A DNA stretch of 64,000 bases from Balanoglossus misakiensis (Eukaryota; Animalia; Hemichordata), in contig CM082576.2 in assembly GCA_040954595.2 (NCBI GenBank), positions 5,244,760-5,308,759 of the forward strand, written 5' to 3'. Within the stretch, counting starts at the first letter, position 1, and each line of letters opens with the position of its first letter. Shown in pieces: positions 60,340 to 64,000 of the stretch. The notes below the pieces were generated by a model that searched no databases, was not told the origin of the DNA, and worked only from the letters and a program-made list of their open reading frames with translations. The translations under genes were made by a program, and so were the position numbers.

Positions 60340-63059
60340 GTAAGTCGGTCATCTTCAGACCGCAATGTTCTCAATGCCATGACATCAATCACCTGTTCCG
60401 ATGTTTAGCTCCAATGTCAATTGATTTGTGCGTATGGTGACATGGCGGATCAATTATTGTTTCCTGTTCGATAATACGTGTTCGGGATATTTGATATCAG
60501 AAGAATCAGAATGCATTGACAATTAAATGCAGAGGAAAAATCTTATTTTGACGGGGCAAGCAATCAGTATTTTTATAATACAGCACAAATTGGCAATTAT
60601 CGACATCATGATGAAAGATGTCTTTGTGACTTATCTAGCTGAAACGTCTATTTAGGATTCTATAGATATCTTACTCATCAGATAGTAAGCTCATTATACA
60701 TATTAGATGCAAACTTTTGAGCAGTTTAAATATCTGACGTCCATAAATGGTTATCATAAAAAAATGTTGCAAATTAAGACAATGTCTATTTCAATACAGA
60801 TATTATTCTGGAAAGCCTTGCATTTCAGAAAAACGGGGAAAGGGAATACTAACATGAATTGCAATGAACATTGTCTAATATAGAGATTATCCTAATTTCT
60901 CTTTTAAAGAATACGTTTTCCTTCAATTGCGATTTATTTCATTTTGTTCCTGTTTCTGCACTTGGCCATTTAGCATTTTTCTCCGTTGTATCAGTTTATA
61001 CATTTGCGACAGTAACGTGATTATTTCAAGTTCACTAAATACCTTCCTTTGAATCACGCCGCCATAGAACTTATTGGACTTTGAACTCTTAGTTGGTGAA
61101 ATGACAAGCAATCGTCTGATATGCTTGGCGGATTATAGCCAATTGAATCGTGGCGCTCACCGGTACATTGTCTGAATTCTGCCAATTGCTGTAATAGGCG
61201 TTAATGACTCAGCAGCATGTCTCATAGAATCCTCACTTCGTTTCAAAATGTTCACTTAATGCAACATACCATTACAGAGGCTACGATACGTTCTCCAGGA
61301 GACCGCAGGTTGGTATGGACGATGCCTGCTATTAAAAAATCCAAAAATGAGGCCATTAACACCTAATCTTATTATTCTCGTAGCGCAGAGACAGTGAAAT
61401 TAACTCGAACACATTTTTAGGACACATTCCTCTCGATGGAATTCATTTGATTGAGTTCGTTTTTTTTCGATCCGTTCACATTATCTTCTCGTAATGCATT
61501 TTTAGATTTTTATCACGCCGTAATTACCCAGAGGAAAAAAGACCCACCAAGAATGGGACACTTGAAGCGCTTTATATCAAACCTTGCCAAATTCTGTCAA
61601 GTGCGTGACATGATATATCGTGATATTAATATAATTTCAGTTACCGTTGATCTTCTTTTCAGACAAACCACTATTAAATCAATCCATGTATGAAAATTAC
61701 AAAAGATTGTTATCAGCATTTGTACACTTTTGCTGTGTAATAGTTCTGCAGTCACGTTTCATTCGTCCAATTTGTTCATATCCATGCATGTCCGCGCCTA
61801 TAGCCTGCATTCGTGTTTTTGACATAGTCATATACATTAAAAATGAGACAAGTTGAAAACTGCCCAATGACAGATTTTAACGGGTGGCCAAGCGAAAGAA
61901 GGTGCGCAATCATATAATAATTCGAAGACTTAGACACGCTCATTTGACCATGCATGGACATGTGTAAATTAGAGGAGAGTTTTTTTTCACAAATTTAATT
62001 TACTGTACCCCAGGGTGCGTTGATTTTCGCCTAGCCTAGCGCCTAGACATACAAACCATTGATAAATGCGAATATTACAAGAAAACATCCATTTAGGCAC
62101 GCTTCATTATGAGTAATGTACGCATTACCAAATCAGCCTATACCCTGCATGTGTCAATTGGCTCAATTGGAGTCAAATCACTCTCACAATGTTGACCTAG
62201 TTGTTTCTGTCTCATTCATGTTTCATTTCTCAAGGTCGTAAATTTTCTGCGGAATTTACGACGCTTTGTGTCTTGCCCACCGTGAAACGAACACGCTGAT
62301 AAATTGAGCATGAAACTATTGGGCATGTAACTAAACTGTTCATTTCGGTATCTATAATAGGATATGCTAACACCATCAGGTGCTAGAGAAATGGTCTAAC
62401 TAGCCGAGTCTACTTTTTTCTACGACTTGCCGTACATTTTTGGCATTTGGAGTAAACTAATTGTTTCTCATTTCCCCTCCCTTCCAACTAACTATAAGTC
62501 CCTCAAAACGCACGCAACGTTCAATTATGTGATCACTTTTGGAGATCCCGAACGGTGCTGAAAGCACAGCACGAGGCTTTTTTGTGTCATGGAGAGGCTC
62601 AAATAAGTGTATTGCATGCCAATCACATAAAAATGAGTTCATGACATTTGAAGAACTTCCGTGTCATCGAGTTTGACCCGAGCTCACATCCCGATCAATA
62701 TGACTGACACGTAACAACTGACGGTCAACAGTAAACACATTCTGAAATCACAATCAATCTCTGTCGCCCATCGATCAATTTGATGGCAAGAGTGGAATGA
62801 GGAGAAGTTCCGAGTTGTATATCAAAAGATTATATGAAGAAATCCGCGAAAGCATCAAATAAGAAATCGGACAGGTGGTTGGGGGTCCAGCTACCAAATG
62901 TAAATCAGGATACGATAACACAGAAAACTTATTTCCTACAAAATCGTAGGCAAGCCATTGAAACCGACAAAATGCCAGGTGTTTCCATCCCACCCAAAAA
63001 CAACAACCACCACCACCACCACAACAACAACAAACAGACAAACCCAATATGTTTTGAAG

Positions 63060-63570
63060 TTCGTGTGGTCGACAACTGGAGGATCTTTTTTATCAGGAAT
63101 TGGACATTTTAACAGAAGACGCCCATTGTGGTAAAGCTCCCTGTAAACCCAAGCTTACACATTGCATCAATCTTAAAAGTTGCCGATTCAATGGAAAGGG
63201 AAAGGTGTCCATGCCCCTGCAGTCACAAAGCATTATAGCGTTATAAGCGCTGCAGGATCATGAGAACGGTCATCTTGCCTCGAGCGCAAGTTCAAAGCAA
63301 TATGCGAGCCTCAAACAAACTCTAAATGGAACCGCACACACATTCGACGCAAGACGTCGAAAACAAGACGAAACCATCCAAGCATATGTCAACGACCTTT
63401 GGAAACAGATCCGTCACCTTGGTTGATTACAAGACGAATTAATTCCCGATCGGCTTGTTTGTAGGATGGCTAATGAAGTCTCCAGAAACCTCCCGCTTCG
63501 TGAACATGACCCCACACTTGCGAAAGTGATGCATGTACACATTTCTCGTGAGATTATATTTAATGAACAA
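63060..63570 (+). mobile_element. Degenerate Ty3/Gypsy LTR retrotransposon gag fragment
   Basis: Broken frames read NWRIF..QELDI, LERKFKAICEPQTN, HTFDARRRKQDETIQAYVNDL, LQDELIPDRLVCRMANEVSRNLPLREHDPTLAKV. This follows the common invertebrate Gypsy gag pattern KF..YC.P..N...ERH.F..R.Q..GETI..YVTDL...D.LIRDR.V.G......R..LLRE.DLTL.KA. Stops and frameshifts are present. Confidence 0.7.
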
Positions 63571-64000
63571 CGCCCGAGCATGGCTGTTCGAGACAACTTC
63601 CATATTGCAGAACTAACGTTAACCGCCAAAGAAAAAATCATTCACGAACAAAATATTTGGTCACAATCATTGACCTTTGGTGTAACTGAAAACAGGTTGA
63701 CGCCTGTTCACAGACAATGGCCTGAAACCAAAATGTAAAGGTGATAATTGAACTATCCCATCCAGGTCCATTATCACTGCAATCTTTCCTGGGGGGTGGT
63801 TAGGTCCATTAACACTGCAAGGATTTTAAAATGGGTATAGCCATCTTTTAAGAAGCCGATAAAGGTGACATAGGGAACTACGAAAGAAACAACAACAAAA
63901 AGATTGCATTTCAACAAGTCAGCAAAACAGCCACCACCATTGCCACCGCAACGCCGACAAACACAGAAAGGCCACAAAACATCCATTCGTCACCCGAGGT

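Overview
Intron-rich, AT-rich animal genomic DNA; the gene content suggests a marine invertebrate deuterostome, which is an inference. I reconstructed by hand three tandem plus-strand SLCO/OATP transporter genes of 11 coding exons each (110-5183 with exon 1 outside the window, 6860-29172, 36698-41340). They are followed by two tandem globin genes starting Met-Gly-Cys (44008-52777 complete; exon 1 only of the second at 60206-60339). The last intron of the middle SLCO gene holds a ~15.9 kb array of an 87-bp satellite (A), about 183 copies with higher-order blocks, nested in a related 86-bp satellite (B). Just downstream, a 5.56 kb insert (30298-35857) lies between 131-bp direct repeats. It ends in the same A and B repeats and carries a ~128-bp tandem array and a run of minus-strand splice signals with no ORF. 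This candidate satellite-bearing mobile cassette is the most unusual object in the window. Other points: a 92-bp tract identical in all three SLCO paralogues, a GC-AG intron, small MITE-like elements and a decayed Ty3/Gypsy gag. The giant repetitive ORFs at 12.5-28.5 kb are satellite artefacts.
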